Source of the DNA: a virus
Taxonomy: Duplodnaviria; Caudoviricetes
Length of the DNA stretch: 56,451 bases
Strand: one strand, 5' to 3'
IMG/VR virus record: IMGVR_UViG_3300026518_000669
Coordinates: 1-56,451 of that record
Shown here: piece by piece, positions 18,293 through 26,996 of the stretch
How the letters are laid out: every line of letters starts with the position of its first letter
How positions within the stretch are numbered: the first letter of the stretch is position 1
Translations under genes and position numbers: made by a program
Notes under the pieces: model-generated
Seen by the model: only the letters and a program-made list of their open reading frames with translations
The model's database searches: none
What the model was told of the DNA's origin: nothing

Positions 18293-18906
18293 TGCGTTAC
18301 GGCTCGGCACGGCAGATGATTTTTGATTGCTACCATGAACAGCGTGGCAGCGTGATGCAGCACGCTGCAGAGATAGCGCGCATGGGTGCGCAGATACAGA
18401 CGACGCAGCGCAATAACAACGACTGGCGGATAGTGCATGGTCTTGAAGCGGGGCAAGTTATTAGCGTCGTTGAGCGCTTGCCGCAGCACCTGCAGTCATT
18501 GGCGCGGTACTGCTTCGGCCCGTTTACCCGCGACGAACTTGCCGAGGATCGGGAATGGCTGCATGCCGCGCTGATGCACGCTGGCATGCAGATGCGGCTA
18601 CCAGGGCAGGGGCAGAGCGAATATCCGACAGCAGAGGCAGCGCGTCAGCTGCGCTGGATAGTATCGGCAGCAATTCACCACCACGCTGAGACCACGTACC
18701 CGTATAACCGACCAGGGCTGCATAATCCTCGGCGCATTGCTGCGTGGATTGAAGCAGAGCATGGGGAAGCGGTAGATGTTGGTCGCTGGTCACGATCAGG
18801 GCGCGCTTGTTGGGGTGGCGTTTGGGAGCGGTTGCTGGATGTGCTGGATACATGGGAGTGTTCAGCGCTTGCGCCGGTGGCTGCGCTGATTAGTAAAGCG
18901 GCTTAG
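18286..18906 (+). CDS. Probable late antiterminator/activator (Q position)
   Basis: Last gene of the nin region before the late promoter; assigned mostly by position. Confidence 0.55.
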   Translation: MVMRYGSARQMIFDCYHEQRGSVMQHAAEIARMGAQIQTTQRNNNDWRIVHGLEAGQVISVVERLPQHLQSLARYCFGPFTRDELAEDREWLHAALMHAGMQMRLPGQGQSEYPTAEAARQLRWIVSAAIHHHAETTYPYNRPGLHNPRRIAAWIEAEHGEAVDVGRWSRSGRACWGGVWERLLDVLDTWECSALAPVAALISKAA

Positions 18907-18930
18907 ACTAAAGGCGAACAAAAATAATAT

Positions 18931-18959
18931 TTGCAAGGGGAAATAATTTCCCATAAGCT
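18931..18959 (+). promoter_or_regulatory. Sigma70 promoter with a palindromic operator in the spacer
   Basis: TTGCAA, 17 bp, TAAGCT; GGGAAAT-A-ATTTCCC at 18938-18952. Confidence 0.7.
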
Positions 18960-19004
18960 GTGGTTATCGAAGCAGCAAACACCAACCGCAGCGGAGAAAA
19001 TAAC

Positions 19005-19262
19005 ATGAGCTACAACATCCAAGGCCAGCTTTTCAACACGCGCGATGAAGCACTTACCAAACTAGTAGCGCTATGGGTTTCTAATGGCGGCGAGCAAACC
19101 GACTGGGATGAAATCAAAAGAGCCCTGAACGACAGCGATACCCCCGCCGAGATTATCGAAGAATGGGGCGGCAGTCTGGGCGAATTTGTGGAAGAAGCCG
19201 ACGAAGGTGAGCTGGTCGATCATATCAAAACCCGCAAAACTGACATCATCGCCGCTTGCTAA
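19005..19262 (+). CDS. Small acidic protein, candidate anti-CRISPR/anti-defence
   Basis: 85 aa with 19 D/E versus 7 K/R; GGAG RBS; first gene of the operon ending in the aca1-like gene. Confidence 0.7.
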   Translation: MSYNIQGQLFNTRDEALTKLVALWVSNGGEQTDWDEIKRALNDSDTPAEIIEEWGGSLGEFVEEADEGELVDHIKTRKTDIIAAC

Positions 19263-19318
19263 TAAAAAACCAAACCCTGGCAATGACCAGAGCCTGAAAA
19301 CACAAAGGAGCTTCTATC

Positions 19319-19609
19319 ATGGCGGCAGTAACTCAAGACGATATTAATACTTTTATATCTACATTCATTGACGTAACAGAAGGCACGCGGGAAGGAACTT
19401 TCTGCTGGGCACTAAGCAAAATGGCAAATGTGACCAGCGCAAGAGAAATGCAGATCATGGGCGACGGGCACAAAACACACCAATCAGCCATGTTTGCAGG
19501 TATTGGTTACATCAAGAAATGCCGGAATGATCTTTATCGGGCAGCGCAAAAAGAAGCAATCGAAAGCGCTCGCTACATTGCGATGAAAAACAAGGCCGCT
19601 AATGCATGA
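19319..19609 (+). CDS. Small protein, candidate anti-CRISPR/anti-defence
   Basis: 96 aa; AAGGAG RBS; ATGA-coupled to the aca1-like gene. Confidence 0.7.
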   Translation: MAAVTQDDINTFISTFIDVTEGTREGTFCWALSKMANVTSAREMQIMGDGHKTHQSAMFAGIGYIKKCRNDLYRAAQKEAIESARYIAMKNKAANA

Positions 19610-19806
19610 TCGACGCCCGCACCCACTACGACCCGGCCAGAGCGCCGGGCTTAATCGCCTCAGCAACCAAAACGGCAGGCTCACAAAAAGAGCTAGCGGA
19701 GCAGCTGGGCGTGACGCCGCGCACACTTCGCCATCTATCCCGCCGCGAGCGCGATATGTCGTACACCATGCAAGTAGCGTTAGAACAGATCACGAATAGC
19801 GGATAG
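19606..19806 (+). CDS. Aca1-like HTH repressor (anti-CRISPR associated)
   Basis: DARTHYDP...GL...AGSQKELAEQLGVTPRTLR...YTMQVALE parallels Pseudomonas Aca1 as I recall it (DASNHDPDP..GL..AGISQRRAAELLG....R...YTVQFALE). Confidence 0.75.
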   Translation: MIDARTHYDPARAPGLIASATKTAGSQKELAEQLGVTPRTLRHLSRRERDMSYTMQVALEQITNSG

Positions 19807-19807
19807 C

Positions 19808-19884
19808 TTGCAGGATGGGCACGAACCAACCATAATATCCCCACTATCTAATTCTACGCCCTGGCTTTGAGCCGGGGCGTTTTC
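19808..19884 (+). promoter_or_regulatory. Late promoter (PR'-like) followed by a terminator (tR'-like)
   Basis: TTGCAG, 17 bp, CATAAT; hairpin ACGCCCTGGCT-TTG-AGCCGGGGCGT followed by T-run. Confidence 0.7.
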
Positions 19885-19953
19885 GATTCAGGCCCTGCCA
19901 GTCTCTGGTGTGGCTTTTCTGTTTTCCCCCGCCGTGAGGCGCTGGAGCCCTAC

Positions 19954-20580
19954 ATGACAACCTCCCTCAAGCAACGACTGGTCGCCTCGGTCATGGATCG
20001 AGAGGGTGGCTACGTCAATCACCCGTCTGATCGTGGCGGCCCGACCAATTACGGCATCACTGTCGCGGTAGCGCGTGAGAACGGCTACCAGGGTGATATG
20101 CGCAGCCTGCCGAAGTCACTGGCCGTGCGTATCTATGAAGCACGCTACTGGACAAGCATTCGCCTCGACCGCATCGCGCCGATCAGCGCCACGCTGGCAG
20201 AATACCTGTTTGACTTCGGCGTTAACTCTGGCCCAGGCCGAGCGGCGCAAGAGCTGCAGCGCACGCTTAACGTGCTGAATAGTCGCGGCAAGCTGTTTCC
20301 TGATCTCAATGTGGATGGTGCCGTGGGGCCTGTCACGCTGAACGCGCTTGCCGATTACCGCAAGGCGCGTGGCGGCGCTGGACTGTACGTGCTGGCAGAA
20401 TCTATCAACGGTGTGCGCATCGCCTTCTGTCGCGGGCTGGCTGAGCGAGACGAACGACAAGAGGACTTCGCATACGGGTGGTTTAAGCGCGTCGTCAATC
20501 TGCGCAACGAAGTTGAAAGCGATCAGGCGGACAGCATGGCGGTTTCGCTGTATGCCGAAATTGATACTGAGGTGGCCTGA
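19954..20580 (+). CDS. Endolysin, glycoside hydrolase family 108 with PG-binding domain
   Basis: EGGYVNHPSDRGGPTNYGIT, FDFGVNSG, DGAVGPVTL and FAYGWFKR motifs. Confidence 0.93.
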   Translation: MTTSLKQRLVASVMDREGGYVNHPSDRGGPTNYGITVAVARENGYQGDMRSLPKSLAVRIYEARYWTSIRLDRIAPISATLAEYLFDFGVNSGPGRAAQELQRTLNVLNSRGKLFPDLNVDGAVGPVTLNALADYRKARGGAGLYVLAESINGVRIAFCRGLAERDERQEDFAYGWFKRVVNLRNEVESDQADSMAVSLYAEIDTEVA

Positions 20581-20900
20581 TGCCATGGCGAAACACCGGA
20601 CTGATACAGGAGGTGCTGCTGGCGTTAGGTACGTCAGTGGCAGTCGTTATGGGTCTACTCGCTAAGATCGCTCACGAGGTCAAAAGCGGTGAGCGTGAAC
20701 GTTTCTTCACGCGCCGATTGTGGCTGGATGCGCCTGCGCTGGTCGTCATGATCACGATGGCTGCCGGTATCAATCTCTATTTCGACCTGACCGGCTGGCC
20801 TGCGTCTGCCGTGGCAGCGGTATGCGGCTGGGCGGGCCCGCGCAGTATCGACCTAATGCTCCTGGCCCTGGCTGACCGCGTGAGGGGTGCCAAAAAATGA
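20580..20900 (+). CDS. Putative holin
   Basis: Small protein with three hydrophobic segments directly after the endolysin. Confidence 0.7.
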   Translation: MPWRNTGLIQEVLLALGTSVAVVMGLLAKIAHEVKSGERERFFTRRLWLDAPALVVMITMAAGINLYFDLTGWPASAVAAVCGWAGPRSIDLMLLALADRVRGAKK

Positions 20901-21340
20901 ATCTAGTCACGAAAGCGCTGAGCGCCATCACTGGCCCGCTGTTCGGCGTCATCGATAAGGCAGTGACCGATAAAGACGAAGCCAACCGGCTCAAGTCGGA
21001 GATTCGGTCGCAGCTCATCGAGTCGCAAGACTCACTGCTCAAGGCTCAGATGCAGATCATCTTGGCGGAAGCGCAGGGCGAGAGCTGGCTGCAGCGTAAC
21101 TGGCGACCGCTGCTGATGATCGTGATTGTCGCCGTGATTGCGAACAACTACCTGCTGGCCCCTTATCTAGGGGCCATCTTTGGTGTGGGACTGCAACTCG
21201 ATCTGCCAGAGCGGCTATGGGATTTGATGACCATCGGCGTGGGCGGCTACGTCACCGGTCGCACGGTGGAGAAGGGCATTAGCTCATGGCAGCAAGGCAA
21301 GGCGCAGTCAGGCTTCTACCGTGAAGCTGACACCAAGTAG
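20897..21340 (+). CDS. 3TM (GTA-type) holin family protein
   Basis: SWLQRNWRP and GGYVTGRTVEK motifs. Confidence 0.8.
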   Translation: MNLVTKALSAITGPLFGVIDKAVTDKDEANRLKSEIRSQLIESQDSLLKAQMQIILAEAQGESWLQRNWRPLLMIVIVAVIANNYLLAPYLGAIFGVGLQLDLPERLWDLMTIGVGGYVTGRTVEKGISSWQQGKAQSGFYREADTK

Positions 21341-21644
21341 GCGCGTTGAAGCGTGGCTTCGGCTGCGCTGGATTATCGTCACGTTTTTACTGTCCGCGTA
21401 CTGGCATCGCAAAAGGCGCTGACTCTATCTCGCCGTGAGGCGACACGCCACGCTGTGAAGCGTTGCGCACTGAATCCCCGTCCACGTAGGAGGTGATCCG
21501 TCTCGGATACCCCTGACCGTTAGATGGGGGAGGTAGTCACGCCATGCTGTGAAGCACCGCCGACACTACCGACACCCGCCGCACGCTGTGAAGCGTCCGG
21601 CATCTATTTATGGAGGCGCTACCAGTGATGGTGGCGTTTTTTTT
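21341..21644 (+). ncRNA. Putative structured RNA leader upstream of terS
   Basis: About 300 nt without a credible ORF, containing a C(UUCG)G hairpin, five GTGA-loop hairpins and AGGAGGTGATCC. Confidence 0.4.
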
Positions 21645-22184
21645 ATGGCGAAGCTGAAAAGTCCAAAGCAAGAAGCATTCGCCCAGCATTACGTCTTGAC
21701 TGGCAACGCGAGCGAGGCGTACCGCAAGGCGTATAGCACTAAGACAAAGAGCAGTCAGACAGTAAATGTCAATGCCGCCACCCTGCTTAAAAACACTAAT
21801 GTCGCACTAAGGGTAAATGAGCTTCAACATAAGGCGTCAGAAGCGGCTGATAAATCGTTCGGCATTGATGCTGAGTGGATGCTTGGTCGCCTTAAGTCCA
21901 TTGACGAACTGGACATTGCTGACCTGTTGGATGATGACGGCACCCCCCTGCCAGTAAAACAGTGGCCCAAAGTCTGGCGAACGTCTATCAGTGGCTTGGA
22001 TATCAATACGCTGATGACTGGCGACATTGAAACTATTGTTCGTAAAATCAAGATGCCAGATAAGCTGAAGAACCTAGAGCTGATTGGTCGCCACGTTGAG
22101 GTTCAGGCATTCAAGGACAAGGTGGAGGTTTCTACTGGCAAGAGCCTAGGAGACTTGCTAGCAGAGGTGCGTTCTGAGCGATGA
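21645..22184 (+). CDS. terS: Terminase small subunit
   Basis: KQEAFAQHY..TGNASEAYRKAY and KMPDKLKNLELIGRH motifs. Confidence 0.9.
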   Translation: MAKLKSPKQEAFAQHYVLTGNASEAYRKAYSTKTKSSQTVNVNAATLLKNTNVALRVNELQHKASEAADKSFGIDAEWMLGRLKSIDELDIADLLDDDGTPLPVKQWPKVWRTSISGLDINTLMTGDIETIVRKIKMPDKLKNLELIGRHVEVQAFKDKVEVSTGKSLGDLLAEVRSER

Positions 22185-23776
22185 CTAGGGCGGAAGAGGT
22201 TAAGCGAGCCAATGCGTACTTGCGCGCACTTGAGAAAGGCCGCCTGACTGAAAAGGCTGATTTGGTCGAGGCCTTGGCGCTCAAGTGGTTTCGTATCTGC
22301 GCGCTGTACAAGATCAAAGATAAGGATGGTCGCGTTCAGGTGTTCACACCGAACGATGCGCAGAGAGAGCGTTATATCAACCGGCATTGCCGCGACATTA
22401 TCTTGAAAGCCCGGCAACTTGGCTTCACGACCTTTGAAATGATCGACGCCCTGGATGACTGCTTGTTCATCGATAATTTCAGCGCTGGCTGCATCTGTCA
22501 CAAGCTCGATGACGCACAGGATATATTCCGCAACAAGATCACGTTTGCATACCAAAATGTCAGCGATGCATGGCTCGCCATCTTCGACATGATCGGCTTG
22601 AGGTTTCCTAAGCCGTCGAGCGATAAAAGCGGCAGCGGTGCTTACGTCTTCGATAATGGCTCAAGCATTCGGGTCAGCACGTCTTATCGTGGCGGCACGC
22701 TGCAGCGCCTGCACGTATCGGAGTTCGGCAAGATATGCCGCCAGTTCCCACACAAAGCACAAGAGATCGTCACCGGCGCGTTTGAAGCTGTTGGGCTGGG
22801 TAATCAGATAACGCTGGAATCAACAGCCGAAGGGCGCGAAGGCTATTTTTTCAGCTATTGCGAGTCAGCCCGCCAACTGCAGGATCAAGGCCGAAACCCC
22901 ACTTCGATGGACTTCCAGTTTCATTTCTTCCCTTGGTGGCAAGAGTCAGCGTATACGCTCGACCCTAAAGGTGTGGTGATACCGCAGCGGCTAAACGAAT
23001 ACTTCGAGCAGCTAGAGCATAAGCACGGCATCAAGACTAGTGATGGACAGCGCGCCTGGTATGCAAAGAAATCAGAGGTGCTGCAAGACGATATGCAGCG
23101 CGAGTACCCCAGCACACCAGAGGAGGCGTTTAGCCAGTCGGTGGAAGGTGCGTATTTCGCCACGCAAATGCAGCATCTACGGAAGAACAAGCGCCTCACG
23201 TCTGAGGTGCAGGTCAACCCGAGCCTGCCGGTTTATACTGGTTGGGACTTGGGCATGAACGACACCATGGCGATTTGGTTTGCCCAGGTCGTTGGGCGTG
23301 AAGTTCATCTAGTGGACTACCTCGAAGGCGAGGGCGAAGGCATCGAATACTACGCTGACCTGCTGAACAAGAAGGGCTACCGCTATGGTGGCCACTTCGG
23401 GCCGCACGATCTGGCGGTTAGAGAGCTAGGCACTGGCCTGAGTCGTTCCGATGTTGCCAAAGGCTTTGGCATTAACTTTGAAACAGTGCCACGCATTAGT
23501 AATCACGCCGAGGGCGTGCAGGCCACGCGCCAGTTCTTGCCGATGTGCTGGATAGACGAGGAAGCATGCCACCAGGGCGTGCTATGTCTCGACAACTATC
23601 GCAAGGAATGGGATGACAAGCGCGGCGTATACAAATCGACGCCTCGCCACGATTGGGCATCCCACGGTGCCAAAGCGCTAGAAACCCTCGCACGCTCATC
23701 GCTATTTACCAGAGCGCAGCTGCCCACCACCTCCGCTAACCGCGAGTCGCGTGGCGGCTGGAACGCTCATACCTGA
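22181..23776 (+). CDS. terL: Terminase large subunit
   Basis: ILKARQLGFTT Walker A, LHVSE Walker B, ESTAEG, WDLG nuclease and HDWASH motifs. Confidence 0.95.
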   Translation: MTRAEEVKRANAYLRALEKGRLTEKADLVEALALKWFRICALYKIKDKDGRVQVFTPNDAQRERYINRHCRDIILKARQLGFTTFEMIDALDDCLFIDNFSAGCICHKLDDAQDIFRNKITFAYQNVSDAWLAIFDMIGLRFPKPSSDKSGSGAYVFDNGSSIRVSTSYRGGTLQRLHVSEFGKICRQFPHKAQEIVTGAFEAVGLGNQITLESTAEGREGYFFSYCESARQLQDQGRNPTSMDFQFHFFPWWQESAYTLDPKGVVIPQRLNEYFEQLEHKHGIKTSDGQRAWYAKKSEVLQDDMQREYPSTPEEAFSQSVEGAYFATQMQHLRKNKRLTSEVQVNPSLPVYTGWDLGMNDTMAIWFAQVVGREVHLVDYLEGEGEGIEYYADLLNKKGYRYGGHFGPHDLAVRELGTGLSRSDVAKGFGINFETVPRISNHAEGVQATRQFLPMCWIDEEACHQGVLCLDNYRKEWDDKRGVYKSTPRHDWASHGAKALETLARSSLFTRAQLPTTSANRESRGGWNAHT

Positions 23777-23785
23777 GAGAACGAT

Positions 23786-24025
23786 ATGCAGCCAGTCAAG
23801 CAAGACATCTTGTGCCAAATGGTTATTCAGGACATCGAAGGGGTCGTTGATGCGACCCGGGAAGAAGATGGAGCGCTTCGTATTTACTACATCAGGCAGG
23901 ACGGAAAAGAGCGAGTCATGCTATGCGTCCCACCAATTCCAGACGATCTGGATGGCCGTTACTCCTGGCTGGAGCAGGTACGCCGCACTATCACTGCCGA
24001 CAATCGGCTAGCCGCCCACACCTGA
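23786..24025 (+). CDS. Hypothetical protein
   Basis: 79-aa ORF between terL and the pre-portal gene. Confidence 0.6.
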   Translation: MQPVKQDILCQMVIQDIEGVVDATREEDGALRIYYIRQDGKERVMLCVPPIPDDLDGRYSWLEQVRRTITADNRLAAHT

Positions 24026-24045
24026 TACCACCGCCGGGAGTCGCT

Positions 24046-24495
24046 ATGATCCACACCACACCGAACGGCTCGCAACAGCAGCGGGCGCGCACGGCAGCAT
24101 TGCGCCTCGCGGGACTGCAAAGCCGTGACATTGAGAAGTTTGCCCGCGATGCCGCCATGGGTATTGCGCAAGAGCTGATGAAGTACGGTATCCCAATTCC
24201 CTCCAAGCGTTTCCGTCCCGACGTTGGCAACGTGCAAATCGATATGATCCTCATCGAAGAGAAGGTGACCACGCCAGAGCCTGGTATGCGCCTGCAGTTT
24301 GAGGTCGAGGGCAACATGGGCGTGACGTTCAACGTCAAGCTATTGGAGTTCCTAGACGACCCCGCTGGCTACGTGACCGACCTCTTTAAACAGCTAGGCC
24401 CGATGCGCCGCAACGTACAGCGCATGCGTACCCACAAGCGCGCTGCCGATGCCGCTATCTACAAGGCGATAACGCAGGGTGCTGCTAATGGCTAG
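24046..24495 (+). CDS. Hypothetical protein
   Basis: ATG 24046 with GGGAG RBS; overlaps the portal start. Confidence 0.7.
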   Translation: MIHTTPNGSQQQRARTAALRLAGLQSRDIEKFARDAAMGIAQELMKYGIPIPSKRFRPDVGNVQIDMILIEEKVTTPEPGMRLQFEVEGNMGVTFNVKLLEFLDDPAGYVTDLFKQLGPMRRNVQRMRTHKRAADAAIYKAITQGAANG

Positions 24496-26743
24496 TTTGG
24501 GACTACTGCAGTACAAGTCGGCGACTGAGATGCACGCCGAGCAGGCCGCCGAAGCCCAGCAAATGCAGGCCGAGGAAGAGCGCCGTCGCCAGATCATGGA
24601 GTCGTCGCTTGGTGCGCATATTCGCCGGTCATGGGAATCCGCCAAGACCGCTAAGCAGGAGGTCGAGTACCGCTTGCTTGATTGCCTTCGCCGCCGTAAA
24701 GGCGAGTACGACCCCAACAAGCTAGCGGCGATTCGCAAGGAAGGTGGTGCTGAGATTTACATGATGTTGACCGCCACCAAGTGCCGCGCCGCCGGTGCTT
24801 GGATTCGCGACATTATGATGCCTGCGAATGAGCAGCCGTGGGGCTTGCAGCCTACACCAGTGGCTGACGTGCCCGATGAGTACGTAATGCCCGTGTTTCA
24901 GCAGCTCCAGCAGCAAGCGATGCAGGCGCAGCAGCAGGGCCAGCAGGTGGATATGGTTTCGCTGATCGAACAAGCCCGCGAGCAAGTGCGGCAAATGGCG
25001 CAAGAGAAGGCCGAGGAAGCTGCCGAACGCCATGAAGACGTGATTGCCGATCAGCTAGCCGAAGGTGGCTGGTCTGAGGCGTTTGAGCAATTCGTGGACG
25101 ACTTTGTCACTTATCCTGCTGCGTTTGTGCGAGCACCAATCCTGCGTCGCGTGCCTACGCTGGAATGGCTAGAAGGCTGGCAGCCGGTCAAGAGCACCAC
25201 TATCCGACCTGAGTTTGAGCGGGTATCACCGTTCGATATGTACCCCAGCCCGGACGCCACCAGCGTAGACGACGGCGCATTCATCATTGAGCGCGCGCGC
25301 TTTACCCGGATGCAGCTTAACCAGCTGATTGGCGTGCCGTCGTTCAATGAAGAGTCGATTCGTCGTGTGCTGGAGCAGTACGGCCAAGGCGGATTACGTG
25401 ACTGGCTATGGACAGATGGCGAGCGTGCCGAGCTAGAGGGGCGTGGCCATGAGTGGCTTACCCATGGTGAAACTATCGATGGCCTGATCTACTCCGGCGG
25501 TGCTCAGGGCGTCACGTTACTGCAGTGGGGCGTCAACCCTGACGAGATCGAGGACCCGCTGGCAGAGTATGAGATTGAGGCCATCTTGATTGGCCAGCAC
25601 GTTATTCGCGTTCGCATTAACCGTGACCCGTTGGAGCGTCGGCCGTACCACAAGGCGAGCTATCAACCGGTGCCAGGCAGCTTCTGGGGCCAAGCTATCC
25701 CCGAGCTGATGGCTGATATTCAAGACGTGTGCAACGCCACGGCACGCAGCTTGGTGAACAACCTCGCTATTTCCTCCGGGCCGCAGGTGGAGGTGTATGA
25801 AGACCGCCTGCAACCTCAGGAAGACCCGACCAACATTTATCCGTGGAAAATCTGGCGTACCAAAGATAGCCAGGTCACCGGTAATAACGCCGCCGTTCGC
25901 TTCTACCAGCCCAGCAGTAACGCGGCTGAATTGCTCGCTGTTTACGATCAATTTGAGCGCCGTGCCGATGATGCGACCAACATACCTCGCTACACCTATG
26001 GCAATGAGAACGTAGGCGGTGCTGGTAATACTGCGAGTGGCCTATCGATGCTCATGGAATCCGCGAATAAGGGGATCAAAGACGCCATCCGGCATATTGA
26101 CCGCGGTGTGTTGCGCCGAGTGATCGAGGCGCTTTGGCTCTACAACATGCAGTACAGCGAAGACCCGAGCATCAAAGGTGATTGCAACGTTGTCGCGCGT
26201 GGTAGCTCTGCCATGCTGATTCGCGAGCAGACGAACATGCTACGCCAGCAGTTCCTGCAGCTGACTCAAAATGAAATGGATATGGGTATTGTGGGTATGG
26301 AAGGCCGTCGCAAGCTGTTGGATAGCGTGGCTGAGAAGCTGGATATGCCAGGCCTGATCCCCACGCAAGAGCAAATGGAGCAGAACCTAGCCGAGCAGCA
26401 GAAGGCACAGCAAGCGCAGCTAGAGGCTCAACAACAGATTGAGCAAGCCAAGGCGCAGGCTGAAGTGGCCGTCAAGCAGGCTCAGGCTCAGAAGTACGGC
26501 GCCGACGCGGCTGAAACCCAAGCCGACACCCAGATCGCCCAGCAAATGGCACCGCTGGATGCCCAACACCTGCTGGCACAGATTGCCAAGCTCATTGCCG
26601 AAACGCAGAGAGGCCAGAATGAACGAGCAGCAGTGGAAAGCCCTGTCGCGAATCAACAGCAGCCCAGAGGGCCAGCACCTGCGGGAAATGCTCAAGTCCC
26701 AGCGCGAGGATTGTCGCAGCCTGCTGGAGCAATGCCGCGATAG
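24488..26743 (+). CDS. Portal protein
   Basis: Size and position after terL; SPFDMYPSP, FWGQAIPELM and TASGLSML motifs; Q-rich barrel-like C-terminus. Confidence 0.88.
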   Translation: MASLGLLQYKSATEMHAEQAAEAQQMQAEEERRRQIMESSLGAHIRRSWESAKTAKQEVEYRLLDCLRRRKGEYDPNKLAAIRKEGGAEIYMMLTATKCRAAGAWIRDIMMPANEQPWGLQPTPVADVPDEYVMPVFQQLQQQAMQAQQQGQQVDMVSLIEQAREQVRQMAQEKAEEAAERHEDVIADQLAEGGWSEAFEQFVDDFVTYPAAFVRAPILRRVPTLEWLEGWQPVKSTTIRPEFERVSPFDMYPSPDATSVDDGAFIIERARFTRMQLNQLIGVPSFNEESIRRVLEQYGQGGLRDWLWTDGERAELEGRGHEWLTHGETIDGLIYSGGAQGVTLLQWGVNPDEIEDPLAEYEIEAILIGQHVIRVRINRDPLERRPYHKASYQPVPGSFWGQAIPELMADIQDVCNATARSLVNNLAISSGPQVEVYEDRLQPQEDPTNIYPWKIWRTKDSQVTGNNAAVRFYQPSSNAAELLAVYDQFERRADDATNIPRYTYGNENVGGAGNTASGLSMLMESANKGIKDAIRHIDRGVLRRVIEALWLYNMQYSEDPSIKGDCNVVARGSSAMLIREQTNMLRQQFLQLTQNEMDMGIVGMEGRRKLLDSVAEKLDMPGLIPTQEQMEQNLAEQQKAQQAQLEAQQQIEQAKAQAEVAVKQAQAQKYGADAAETQADTQIAQQMAPLDAQHLLAQIAKLIAETQRGQNERAAVESPVANQQQPRGPAPAGNAQVPARGLSQPAGAMPR

Positions 26744-26843
26744 CGCAGAGTTAGCGCGTAAGCAGGGCGAGGCCACTGCACTAGCGGGCCTTATCGAAAA
26801 GTTAGAAACCGCGCGTGATGTTATCGACACGCGCTTTAAGTAG
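26619..26843 (+). CDS. Small post-portal protein (Bbp19-like)
   Basis: ATG 26619 with GAGG RBS; SPEGQHL...ARKQGEA; overlaps the portal 3' end. Confidence 0.6.
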   Translation: MNEQQWKALSRINSSPEGQHLREMLKSQREDCRSLLEQCRDSAELARKQGEATALAGLIEKLETARDVIDTRFK

Positions 26844-26867
26844 CCGGATGCGTCCGGCCTCACAAGC

Positions 26868-26895
26868 AAGCCGCTTCTTTGGAGGCGGCTTTTTT
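26868..26895 (+). terminator. Intrinsic terminator
   Basis: AAGCCGCTTC-TTTG-GAGGCGGCTT followed by T-run. Confidence 0.7.
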
Positions 26896-26996
26896 GTGGG
26901 CAACGCTCAACACTGCAGGTTGAACACGTTACCCGAATCGTGAACCCCGGCTAAGACCGGCTCACAGACACGCCGTGAGGCGTCATAGGAGTTGAA

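Noticed and set aside
17333-18310. 325-aa minus-strand ORF and other long antisense ORFs
   Set aside because: Shadow frames of well-supported plus-strand genes in GC-rich DNA, with no motifs.
21431-21600. CRISPR-like mini-array from repeated GCTGTGAAGC/GCCGTGAGGC
   Set aside because: Repeats are only about 12 nt, irregularly spaced and variable, and no cas genes are present.
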